This document shows positions 1 through 11,897 of a stretch of DNA of 64,000 nucleotides, piece by piece. The stretch lies in the NCBI RefSeq assembly GCF_009914755.1, contig NC_060932.1; one strand, 5' to 3'. This DNA is from the human T2T-CHM13v2.0 reference genome, Homo sapiens. Position numbers and translations under genes: made by a program. Below the pieces are notes generated by a model, which ran no database searches, was not told where the DNA came from, and saw nothing but the letters and a program-made list of their open reading frames with translations. Position 1 is the first letter of the stretch. Each line of letters starts with the position of its first letter.

Positions 1-272
1 TTCCCAGGCTCTCAACCCAGCTTATTGGTCACATTGCTTTACAAGAGGGGCTGCTGGCTCACCTTGTCAGCGCCTTGGTATAACTTGGGCCACCAGTAGG
101 ACAAGAGTTAAATGGGTTCAATCAAGTCTTAAGCCATTCTCTCCATGTGCCACTGAAGAATCAAGTCCCCTTGTCAGCACTGTCCCCCCTGCTAAGCTCT
201 GTCTATATTTTCCTTGATTTGAACAAATGAAACCTCATTTTCATGTGTTCAGTCCTGCTTAGTGGAGGACTA

Positions 273-600
<328 letters not shown>

Positions 601-627
601 GAAATTGCTTATTTTTGATTCTGGAAA

Positions 628-1131
628 TGTTACCCCCCCAAAATCAGGGTTTGTTGGTCCGATGAATAACAAACCACGCTCCTTGAGAACGCAGGTGTGT
701 GATCAATAGGAGTTTTATTACTTGGCACAAGGAAGAGGGGCACTGGGATTATTCTCCAAAGCAGTGTCTCCCAGAGGGAATGTGACAGGAGGGTTTTAAG
801 GGGTAATGGAGACAGGAGGGACTGCGTCGCATGCCGAGGAGGGGTCCCAGTGGCACCAATGCAGTGAGTCCTCATGCCAGCACATAGGTCGCATGTGGTT
901 GCTGCTGAAGCTGCTCTTCCCCTGGGGTGGAGACTATAGAATGGCCATGAGGAAAGTTCACCGAATTCATCTAAAAGTTGTTGGGGCCTGTCAGGAGCTG
1001 CTTTAACCTGCTGGGTGACCACGCAGGGTCTAGGAAGAAACAGACTGCAGGGCACGAGGCTGCAAAACAGGCTGATTGCTCAAGTTGATTAAATTCCTAG
1101 AATCCCCAGAGACCCTCCCTGTCTGCTTATG
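628..1131 (-). mobile_element. Probable ERV1-class solo LTR (family not resolved)
   Basis: Starts tgttacc, ~500 bp, minus-strand AATAAA near 715-720; composition resembles MER4-group LTRs. Confidence 0.45.
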
Positions 1132-1441
1132 GAAATATTCTAGAAGACAGGGTGAATTTGTTCCAGATGGTATTCCCTCTGAAAGAATCTGTTAGCCTGG
1201 CAAAGAGTAGATGACAAGGTTGACTCAGGGTTACTCCGTTGTACCACCAGCTGCTTCTTGGCCTTACCACCCGATTCTAGAAAGAGAAGCAAAACTAGCT
1301 GGTAGTAAGACTGAGACGCCCACCTGTTTTCACATTTTCTCTAGTGGAAACTTGAAGTTGTTCCTTCTGCCTAAAAGGCTCCTCTCTCTCTTCTTTCAGT
1401 TCTCTGCCCAAGTACCTCCTTCTTCTTGACCACTTTTCCTA

Positions 1442-1822
<381 letters not shown>

Positions 1823-2416
1823 TCACAGGAGATTATTTAAGTTCCACACAGAATGGGCCTGGATGGTATTGTTTTTCATGGTGCCCACAAATGTGCTGGC
1901 AAAATGTCAGACGCTCAAAAACATACTGGGTGAACGATCTACACAATGAAGGGAAGGATGGTTGCCAAAGCACCCTGACAGCACCTCCCGCAGCCTCCAC
2001 GGTGGAGAACCAGCTGTGTGCTCAAAGCCACACCCCTCCTTGGTGAGGGCGTGTGTCCAGATAAGAGCCAGATTGGCGAACGGGTAGAGCAGGGATGTGT
2101 TAAAGCAGTTTCTGCCTTACCTTCACAGAACTCACCGTCCTCCTGGCATCACTTGAGTAATCTAGAAAAGACTTCATCCATTCAATGGGGACTTATACTT
2201 CCTTTGGGGATTGGGAGGATTAAACATGAGTCTGGTAGGTCAGAGGGCTTGATACAAGACAGAAGTGCTTTGAGTGTGTTCTCTGTGGTGCAGTTGCTGG
2301 GCTGGTCAGTGGTAAGTTTAGGAAAAGTTTAGGATAAATTCTTGCCCACAGCAGCAACTCCTGAGACTTGCTGTGGCAGAGAATGACCCGCAGGGCAAAC
2401 GTGGATCCCAGACTGA

Positions 2417-2747
<331 letters not shown>

Positions 2748-2789
<42 letters not shown>

Positions 2790-3053
2790 AGAGACAGTCT
2801 CGCTCTGTTGCCCAGGCTGGAATGCAGTGATGTGCTTTTAGTTCACTACTGCCTTGAACTCCTGGGCTCAAGTGATCCTGCTGCCTCAGCCTCCTAAGTA
2901 GCTAGGACTCTAGACATGTTGCCACTATGCCTGACTAACTTTTAAAAATTTTTTTGTAGACATGGGGTCTAGCTATGTTGCCCAGGCTGGTCTCGAACTC
3001 CTGGCCTCAAAGCATTCCTTCCACTTGGCCTCCCAAAGCACTGGGATTACAGG
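2748..3053 (-). mobile_element. AluJ directly adjacent to the AluY
   Basis: Long poly(T), then a diverged Alu body. Confidence 0.9.
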
Positions 3054-3539
3054 CTGTCTTGAATATTTCTATAGCAAAAAGGAGTTTGTATTTTTAAAGG
3101 AGGAGTTTTGGCTTCGTTCTCTTGATAGGGGAAAAGTAGAGTTTTAACTCCCAGCAACCGAATCCTAATCCTCAGGCAGGAAATGTTTTGCATATAAGGC
3201 AGTGGAGAATCATTGGGATGGGGAGAAAAGCAAAACACACAAAAGTTTTGTGTGTTTTTACCAAAGCTTCCCTGGAGATAGAATTATGATGCAGCCCAGA
3301 CTCACCATTTGCCAGGAGCCCAGTACCTGTACGGTGTCTGCTAGGTGCTGACTTCTCAGGTCCCTAATTGCTGCCTTCGGAGGTGTTAGTGGAAAAGAGC
3401 CCTGTTGCACTTTCTCCCTTTTGGCTCTGTACCCTCGAGCAAGTCCCCAAGCGCATCTCGGTAGCAGGCACTCAAAGGTCTGAATATGAGCCACCAGTTG
3501 GGATTGAAATTTGAGTGAGACAGTCCCAGCGAAAGCCTT

Positions 3540-3686
3540 GCAACTCCAAGTGTGGTCCATGAGCCGGCAGCATTGGCATCTCCTGGAAGCCAGTTAGGAA
3601 ATCTTTTCAGGGCCTCACTCCAGATCTACTGAATCAGAATCTGCATTTGAAAGAGATTCCAAAGTGATACCGCCTACACGTTAAAG
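3540..3686 (+). mobile_element. MER5A (hAT-Charlie) fossil
   Basis: aagtgtggtcc...cagcattggcatc...ctactgaatcagaatctgcattt consensus blocks. Confidence 0.8.
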
Positions 3687-4295
3687 CCTGGCTTCAGAAA
3701 GAGAGAAAGAAGTGATTCCAGTACCAAATGGCAAGGGAAGTGAATCTCTGTCATCCCTTCCACTCTAACAGGCAGCATGTGCTATTAAGTTAGCCTCACT
3801 ATAGCTATTATCAGTGCTTGCTGAACTGAATGAATGTTCCTACCTCTGAACGGCAGGTTTTAAAGAAGAGATTCAGTTCGGTTAAAGGTACCCTTAAATC
3901 AACCACTTGGAATTGAAGCCAGCCCTGCTGGAGACCCAGTCCCCTTCATGGAACACATAGCTGCCTTCCTGTGATTCTAAACACCACTGCTACAAAGGAA
4001 AAGATTTCCAGTCTCACCTCAAGTGGAAACTGGTGCTTCTCGTTTTCTCAGCAATAGACTTGGCTTTGCACAGAAATGGCATGAACCTAAAACCAAAGCA
4101 ATCAGGGACTTAAGTGGGGCCCGTTGGCTTTTTTTAGTAACCTTATGCTAAGAGGTGCAAAGATTTGAGTGCTAGATTTCAGACACAAGTGCCGAGGCAG
4201 CCAGGAAATTGTTAGTAATGAATGTTTAAACTCCCAAACGTTGTACTGAAGACAAAAGAGCTTTTGTGGCTATACTGAAACTATTGTTTTAAAAT

Positions 4296-4301
4296 TTTAT
4301 T
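4296..4301 (-). terminator. Likely main poly(A) signal (AATAAA) of CLDN23
   Basis: tttatt on + strand about 800 nt past the stop, at the end of an AT-rich, repeat-free 3'UTR-like stretch. Confidence 0.75.
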
Positions 4302-4608
4302 TATAAATAAAAGATATATACATATGTGCTTTAATATGATTAACAGGTTCCATTTTGTACAAAATGTTAAACCTAGAGTCCTCTGCGTCCTGGATGAGGC
4401 GTCCAAAGGGTGGAATAGTACAGCATTAGGACCTTTGTTCTCCTCTTGGCTTCTGGAAGAGAAACTCTTGCATGCCCTCGACTTTCACCGCAAAAATAAG
4501 TGAGAAAAAAGATAAATCCCATTTATGCAATGATATGTAGCTATGAGTTAATCACGGTATTTCATTCCATGAAATCCATTAAGCTGCTGGCATTTGCATG
4601 GCTCTAAG

Positions 4609-4614
4609 TTTATT
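4609..4614 (-). terminator. Possible proximal poly(A) signal (AATAAA) in the CLDN23 3'UTR
   Basis: tttatt on + strand about 490 nt after the stop. Confidence 0.35.
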
Positions 4615-4999
4615 TTAAGAGGCTCATTCAAACATGGCCAGGAATATATTGGCCTCTTGAGAGTTTGCATGGCAAGGAGTTATACAGCAGGAAAAAGAAA
4701 AAAAACCCAATAATTATATTGATGCAAGATTCATCAGTATTTTAGAATATTGTCGTTTCAACATGTTAAATTGTTTCTGAGCACTGCTGATTTCAGCACT
4801 GTCCCTGGTCCACGTGACGCAAATGCCACCCTTTCCATATATTCTTCAGCAAAAATATATGAAAAGCCCGTCACTCCCTAAGAGGACCCTGATCCCTCTG
4901 GAGAGGAAAACTAAACTCTTTAAGAAGAAAACCAAACCCAACCTGAACTAATCGTCCAAGGAGTCCTGTTTGGTCCCACGAAAGGCAGATTTCCATCCA

Positions 5000-6800
5000 C
5001 ACCAGTGAGGGGCAAGTGTCCGGGTTCCAACTCGAAGCCAGGCGGGCCTGTGCGGGGGTGAGTCCTTTGCCACCCGGCGCCCCCCAGGCTCTACAAGCGT
5101 CTAGAGGTCGGAGTCGCAGGGCAGCGAGCTGTCGCAGGGGTGGGTGCTGCACGAGGGAGCGTCCTGGGACTCCCACCCCTCCCCGTCGAGGACGTCCACC
5201 GAGTTGGTGTAGGCCTTGGGCCGCGGCCGCGGCATGGGGAAGCCGACCTTGGGCTTGGGCTTGGGCTTGCGGTGCTGGGCAGGCGGCGGTCGGTGCTGGC
5301 CGTCGCTGTAGTACTTGATGGCGGGCGCCAGGTCGGGCTCGGGCCACTCCACTTGGATGGTGCTGACGCTGCTGCGGCGAGGCCCGGCGGAGGGTCCCTT
5401 GCGGCGGCGGCGACAACGCTCGTCGCACCAGGGCGCGAAGCTGAGCGCCAGCGAGAAGCCGCCCAGCAGCAGGAGGCAGCTGCCCAGGTAGCCCAGGACC
5501 AGGCTGTAGCTGACCTGCACCGTGACCGGGCTGGCCGGGGCGGGCAGCACGTCGCGGTCCCCCAAGAAGTGGTTGTACCAGGACACCGGGATGAGGCCGA
5601 GGAGGCCAGCGACGAAGAGCACGACGCCCGAGAGCCCTGCCAGCACGAAGTTGGGCTCGTCCTGCCAGCAGCGCACGCCCAGCGACGCCAGCAGAAGCCC
5701 CAGGACCGTGGCGGCCAGCGAGGTGACCATGAGTGCCCGCGCCACCAGCACGGGCTGGGCCTCGAAGTAGCCCCACTGGTCCGTCTGGCCGCACTCGCGC
5801 TCGCGGCTGCTCTGCTCGCGACACATGTCCCACAGGCCCTGGTACAACTCCACGTCCACTGGCTGGTTCAGGAAGCCCTTCACCAGCCGCCAGCCGGGCG
5901 CCAGGGTGCCGGTCAGGTTGAGCAGGAGCCCGCAGGGCGCCAACACCATGCCCAGCGTCATCACCACCGGCGTCCGCATCCCGGCCCGCCGCGCCGACGG
6001 CGCCCCTGCAGCCTGCCTTCCTTCTCCGCTGTCGCCTTCTCCGCCGTCGTCTTCTTCCTGCCGTGCCCCAGGCTCCGGGGACCCGAAGTCAGCGCGGACG
6101 CCCCGGGCTCCGGGTCGGGCTCCTGAGCCCTGATCGCTCCAGGGACGCTCTTTGTCTCCTGCACGGGGACCGTCCCCACTTAGGCTAGTTCCCTCCTGGC
6201 GTCCCGGCCGCTCCGCCCTCCTACTGGCCCTAATCGAAACCAGCCCGCGGGCGGGTCTGACCGAAACCGCGGGTCCGGGCGCGGGCGCCCAGGGGCGGCT
6301 GCCGCGGCCAAACCTGGCCCGGGAGGGAGGGACCCGAGGTGAGCGCAGGAAGCGGCGGGGCCACCTCGCCCGCGGCAGGTGAGATGGGGATCCGAGCGGC
6401 GGGGACACCCCACCTTGCAGCCGGGCGGCTGGGCCACGCCTGGCCTGGACTGCTCACGGCCGGAGCAAAGGTCGCCCCGCCCCTGGGTCCTCGCGCCGCC
6501 CCGCCGGGCCAGGCGGGCGAGGGAGGGAAAGAGGCGGCGCTGGCGGGACGCGGTGGCTGCGCAGCTTCCCTGCTGCTCAGCGGATCTCGGTTCCTAGAAT
6601 TTGTTTCCGGTCCCTGCCCGTCGACCCTGCGCTTATAGCTTAGCCCTTTACTCCCAGAGGGTTCCAGATCGCCCCCTGGTTTGCTCTGCAACTTGCAGCC
6701 ACTCGCAGAGAAGTGGGCGGTGCCGAGCGCTCCCGGGGATTGGAGGTGCGCTGGGTGAGTGTGCAGAAGCCCACCCAGTCCAGGAGCGTGTCCCAGAACG
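5000..6800. promoter_or_regulatory. CpG island covering the CLDN23 promoter, 5'UTR and whole CDS
   Basis: Very high GC and dense CpG, GC boxes, an E-box CAGGTG at 6376-6381, and abrupt transitions to AT-rich DNA on both sides. Confidence 0.9.
5101..5979 (-). CDS. CLDN23: Claudin-23, single coding exon, 292 aa
   Basis: ATG at 5979-5977 (context GCCGGG-ATG-C) to TAG at 5103-5101, 879 nt. Protein MRTPVVMTLG...CDSDL has four hydrophobic segments, the claudin ECL1 signature W...GLWxxC-x9-C and a long Pro/Lys-rich C-tail. It matches human CLDN23 as I recall it. Confidence 0.98.
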   Translation of the reverse strand: MRTPVVMTLGMVLAPCGLLLNLTGTLAPGWRLVKGFLNQPVDVELYQGLWDMCREQSSRERECGQTDQWGYFEAQPVLVARALMVTSLAATVLGLLLASLGVRCWQDEPNFVLAGLSGVVLFVAGLLGLIPVSWYNHFLGDRDVLPAPASPVTVQVSYSLVLGYLGSCLLLLGGFSLALSFAPWCDERCRRRRKGPSAGPRRSSVSTIQVEWPEPDLAPAIKYYSDGQHRPPPAQHRKPKPKPKVGFPMPRPRPKAYTNSVDVLDGEGWESQDAPSCSTHPCDSSLPCDSDL

Positions 6801-7228
6801 TTGCACCGGATTATTTCCTTAATAAAGGCTCCACACTCTGGATTAAATTCGTCTCTAAAGAATCTGTGCCAGTGTACTTCTGGGCAGAAGGGTTACACAA
6901 GGATTTTACTTTCCTTTTTCAGCCTTGTGAGACTTTCAAGGGGACTAGAAAGAGGGACCAGTGTTCCCGGATGTCCTGCTTAGCGTTTTTTGCAGGTTTA
7001 TTTAATTTTACAGTGTACTGTGGCCTTTCTCGTCTGTAGGTTATTTTACAACTCTATAAATTATAGAAAGCCTGTAGTATTGCAAATGACTTTTGCCAAC
7101 ATCAAGGCTAATGAGTTCGTCCCAGTGGAATGATTATTGTCCAATGGATACTGACCAGTATGGCATTGATTTGTAAATTCATTTTAGCATTCCTGTTTGT
7201 CTGTATATGTGTGTCCTTTTGTTCTTTG

Positions 7229-7250
7229 CTTTTTTTTTTTCCTTTTTCTT

Positions 7251-7297
<47 letters not shown>

Positions 7298-7415
7298 TTT
7301 TAAACAGGGTTGGGGAGTTTCGCTGTGTTGCCCAGGCTGGTTGCAAACTCCTGGGCTCAGGTGAGTCTCCCGCCTCAGCCTCTGGAGTAGCTAGGACTGC
7401 AGGCAAGTGGCCAGC
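7229..7415 (-). mobile_element. Alu monomer (FLAM/FAM-like) with (TTTA)n tail
   Basis: Monomer-length Alu similarity following a TTTA microsatellite. Confidence 0.75.
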
Positions 7416-7729
7416 TTCTTTGGTTTTAACATCATACTGGTTTCCTTATTCAATAATGAGTTAAATAACCTCTTTCACACATATTCATTTTATATTTGTG
7501 TGAAAGTCACGATGTTTACATTTTTTCTAAAAATTATCCTTTAATAACACTTTTTTGTATTTTCTAGATTTTTACAATGAAAACGTATTGCCTTTATAAT
7601 TGTTTAAAATTAAAACTATTTTTAAAATTCAAGTTAATTTAGCATTGGTTTGAAATAATTTTGAATATTCCAGAGTGGACAACACTAGGAATGACAGTGA
7701 CTGCTTTTTTTAAAAGAATATTTTTAAAT

Positions 7730-8215
7730 TAAAAAAAAAAACCTGTGGTAACATATATGTAACATACAGTTGACCGTTGTAACCATCTTTAAGTGTACAG
7801 CTCATTGGTATGACATACATTCACATTGTTGTGATACCCTCACCACCATCCACTCCTGGGATTTTTTCCTCTTCCCAAACTGACACTGTACCCACTAAAC
7901 ACTAACTCTCCTTTCCTCCCTCCCTCACAGGCCCTGGTGATCACCATTCTACTTTTTTCTCTCTATAAATTTAACTACTTTAGGTACCTCATAGAACTGG
8001 AATCGGACCGTATTTGTCCTTTCGTGACTGGCATATTTCACTGAGCTTAATGTCCTCCAGGTTCATCCATATTGTAGCATGTGTCAGAATGTCCTTCCTT
8101 TTGAAGGTTGAATGATATTCTATTGTACATAAATACCACATTTTGTTTATCCAGTCTTCCATCCATAGACACTTAGATTGCTTTTACCTTTTGGCTATTG
8201 TGAATAATGCTGTTG
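7730..8215 (-). mobile_element. L1MB-like 3' fragment
   Basis: Typical L1M 3'UTR blocks (aagtgtacag, catattgtagcatgtgtcagaat, ggctattgtgaataatgctg). Confidence 0.8.
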
Positions 8216-8272
8216 CATCATTTATGTAATAGTGATATATACATCACTTTTAATTTTTTTTAATTAAAAAAA

Positions 8273-8566
8273 TTTTTTTTGAGATGGAGTCTTGCTCTGC
8301 TGCCCAGCCTAGAGTGTGACGGCAAAATCTCGGCCCACTGCAACCTCTGGTTCCTGGGTTCAAGCAAGCAGTTCTCCTGCCTCAGCCTACCTAGTAGCTG
8401 GGATTATAGGCACCCACCACCATGCCCAGATAATTTTTGTATTTTTAGTAGAGACGGGATTTTACCTTGTTGCTCAGGCTGGTCTCGAACTCCTGACCTC
8501 AACTCATCTGCCAACCTTGGCTTCCCAAAGTGCTGGGATTACAGGTGTGAGCCACTGTGCCTGGCC
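8273..8566 (-). mobile_element. Alu (S/Jb)
   Basis: Full Alu body. Confidence 0.93.
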
Positions 8567-8799
8567 TATGCATCATTTAAAATTTGTCTTGTTTCATTAA
8601 CTGTGTGGTGATTAACTATCTAAAGCAGGAATCAGTCTGCCATCCCTCTCATACATGTCAGAAGGTATCATGTGCGACACTGCCACTTCATAAATGCTTC
8701 ATGTGATTTGAATCCTCTTCCAACATAGTTTCGTTTTTGCTTAGATCTCTGTGGAATGAGTGAAGCCCAGGTGTTATTTACCTGTGGGGAGGAAGGGCA

Positions 8800-9460
8800 T
8801 CCTGGGTGTTCTACCTCCTAAATCTGTCTTTCGTCCTTCCATGTCTCTTTCTTCTCTACTGCCTCTTCCCAGTACAGGCCATTCTCCCATCTTTCTCCTT
8901 AAGCTGCTAACTGGTCTCCTACACCGGGCTTTGTGGCTCCCTTTTTATTAGCCACACGAACCTCACAGCTGGCCTGCATCAACCCTTTACAAGACCATTC
9001 CCAGTCCCACCCAGCCCTGCATTCCAGCCGTGTCTCTCCCTCCCTGCCGCCTCATCTCCTCACATTATAACCCAAAGAAACTGGATTTCCCCCCACATTT
9101 TCCCCGAACATTGTGTGCCCTTTTGCTTCCAGACCTTTGCAAATGCCCTTCTCTTTTCCTAGTGCCCTGCCTATCACTTCCCCACTCCAGTGCATCCTTA
9201 GATCTTTGCTTAAGTGCCATTTTCTCTGGGAGGGTTTCCTCATCCCCTAGATGAAGTTAATTAATTTTTCCTTTCATATACTTCCGTGACACCCCTTCTG
9301 TCACACCACTTACCACAGTTCCTTAGTCCTTGAATCATTTTGTTTTCTAGCTGGTCTGGGAGTTCTCTGAGGGCAGGGACCACATAGATCTTGTTCTGTT
9401 CTGTCCTCCAAACACATCTTGGTGCCTGGGCCACCGCAGCCACTCAACAAATCAATATTA
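8800..9460 (+). mobile_element. L2 fragment
   Basis: Pyrimidine-rich body ending in an L2 3'-like gagggcagggac...gtgcctgg...ctcaacaaat. Confidence 0.55.
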
Positions 9461-10105
9461 TGTCTTTCTGCCCTGAGTTCTTCCACATAGTACCTACTGA
9501 ATTTTCCAACAAATGACCGTCTGGCCAAAACAGATTGTGACATACATCTCAGTAAGCAGGTTGATTTGTTTGAATGTTTCTTTTTCCTTAGCATAGAAAA
9601 CAATCTATCCCATACGGGTATGGGATAGCTCCAGATATTTACGACAAATAAGCGTAGGCCTGTGGGGCTCACTTTCTGCGACAATAGAGAAAGAAGTGAC
9701 TGTGTTAAGCATAGCATCTGGGGATAGAGCTGACCTCTGTTCCCTGGCCTTCTGAGTTCATCTGAAGTCTGAGGGAGAAATAAAGCATGAGTCACTCTGT
9801 GGTAGGAATGAATGAATGATTGCTGACATTAGGACCTGGCTGTGTAAGTGGATACCCAGGTTCTACCACAGATTTCTTTTCTGAAGAAGGGCCCGGTAGT
9901 AATGCAAGAATCTGTTCACTATGCTGCAGCTTTTGAAATGAATAGTGAGCCCCCAGCAGTGAATTCTGAAGGGACTCATGCTGAGTCCCCTGTTTGCCTG
10001 CACTCTAGGCCTCTGCTACCACCTCGCACAAAGGTGCAACCTGCAACAGCTTCATCTTGGAAAGTCACATTACCAACTTTGGCTAGGACAGAGGGTCCAC
10101 TAGAT

Positions 10106-10420
10106 CATCAGTCCTCAAACTCTTTGGCACCAGGGACAGGTTTCATGGAAGGTAATTTTTCCATGGGGTTGTGGGGGTAAAGATGGTTTCGGGATGAAAC
10201 TGTTCCATCTTGGATGATCAGGCAACCTAGATCCCTCGCATGTGCGGGTTACAATGGGGTTCACACTCCCATGAGAATCTAAAGCCACCACTGATCTGAC
10301 AGGAGGTGGAGCTCAGGCAGTAATGCTTGCTCGCCCATGGCTCATCTCCTACTGTGTGGCCCAGTTCCTGACAGGCCACAGACTGGTACTGGTTGGTGGC
10401 CCAGGGGTTGGGGACCCCTG
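10106..10420 (+). mobile_element. MER1B (hAT) with perfect 8-bp TSD
   Basis: MER1 consensus ending ggttggggacccctg; TSD cactagat at 10098-10105 and 10421-10428. Confidence 0.92.
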
Positions 10421-11144
10421 CACTAGATCACTTTGCCATAATAAGATGTCCTCAGATTCCCTCTGCCAGGTCTTTATTTTACTTTCTCCAAAGGCTATTT
10501 TCTCTTTTTCTTCCTGGAACTCTGAACACCCTTTCCTGTGTTTGCTAAGCGATAAGACAATTTTGTTCACAATGTTATACTATGAGAATTCTGAATAGGA
10601 GTGAGAAATGAACTCCACTGATAATCATCCTATGGTAAATCTACTTCAGTGAGTTATAGAATAAAAATTAGACTATGAAAAAACTTAAACTATGATCTTT
10701 ATTTTTAAATAGCATTAAAACAGCCTGAATTGAACAAAGCCCCTTCAATATTGTATTAGTTTTTCTTTTTGGCCAGTAGTCCAACAGCTGTTTTACCAAC
10801 TGTGAGTGCCTAATATTGTAGAAAATAAATCAATAACTTTTCACATCGAGTGTGAAATAGCCCTCTTGTTAGCTCAGTATCACTTCCCTCTAATTTGTTC
10901 TGTTTATAGAATTTATCACTGCCACGTGTTTTCTAATATGTGTGTACTGACTTATCTATATTGTTTCCTACACCGCATTGTAAGTTTCAAAGACTAGAGA
11001 TGTTGCTTGTGGCTATATCTCAGCTGCTGGAATAGTGCCTAGCTCTTAGTGGTACTCAGTACAAATCTATTAAATAAATGAAAGAATTTTTGTAAAGTTC
11101 CTGCATAGTAACACAATAGAAGAATGTAGCATACATCGCTTTTT

Positions 11145-11625
11145 AAAAAATTATAGTAACATCCACATAAAGTTTACCATCTTAAACATGTTACATGTAC
11201 AGGTCACCTAGGTAAAGGTCAGTAGTCTTAGGTTCATTCACCTTGTTGTGCAACCAACTGGCAGAACTCTTTCCATTTTGCACGACTGGAATTCTATCCC
11301 CATTCATCAATTCTCCATCCTTGCTATCCCCCAAGCCCCTAGCAATCACCCCTCTATTTCCTGTCACTCTGAATTTGACTACTCTAGATAGCTTATGTAA
11401 ATGGATTCATACAATATTTGTTATCTTGTGACTGGCTTATTTCACTTAGCATAATGCGCTCGAGATTCATCTATGTTGTAGCATATGTCAGAATTTCCTT
11501 CTTATTATGGCAAAAAATAATATCCTATTGTCGATAAATTCCAGATTTTGTTTATCCAGTCATCCATCAGTGAACCCTTGGGTTGCTTCTACCTTTTTTG
11601 GTTATTGTGAATGCTGCTGTGATGT
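11145..11625 (-). mobile_element. L1MB-like 3' fragment
   Basis: Same L1M 3'UTR blocks as 7730-8215. Confidence 0.8.
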
Positions 11626-11630
11626 ATACA

Positions 11631-11897
11631 TTTTTTTTTTTTTTTTTTTTGAGATGGAATCTCACTCACTGTAGTGATCTTGGCTCACTACAACTTCTGC
11701 CTCTCGGGTTCAAGCGATTCTCCTGCCTCAGCCTCCTGAGTAGCTGGGATTATAGGTGCACACCACCATGCCTGGCTAATTTTTGTATTTTTGGTAGAGA
11801 CAGGGTTTTGCCGTGTTGGCCAGGCTGGGTTCAAACTCCTGAGCTCAAGTGATCTGCCTGCCTCGGCCTCCCAAAGTGCTGGGATTACACACGTGAG
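11631..11897 (-). mobile_element. Alu (S/Jb) with small deletion
   Basis: Poly(T) plus Alu body lacking cccaggctggagtgc. Confidence 0.9.

Noticed and set aside
4871-5833. 320-aa minus-strand alternative-frame ORF overlapping CLDN23
   Set aside because: Starts at GTG inside the CDS, has only one late Met, and has the Arg/Pro/Ala/Gly composition typical of GC-rich off-frames. It matters only in that some frameshift alleles would read past the normal stop.
5140-6126. 328-aa plus-strand ORF antisense to CLDN23
   Set aside because: Shadow ORF expected opposite a GC-rich CDS; low-complexity product with no recognisable domain.
5980-6408. 435-aa ORF taken as the real CLDN23 CDS
   Set aside because: The track starts at a GTG. 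The claudin begins at ATG 5979; the extension is kept only as a hypothesis.
6632-6638. Minus-strand TATAAG as a CLDN23 TATA box
   Set aside because: Imperfect, about 650 bp from the ATG in a CpG-island promoter, and cannot be tied to a TSS from sequence alone.
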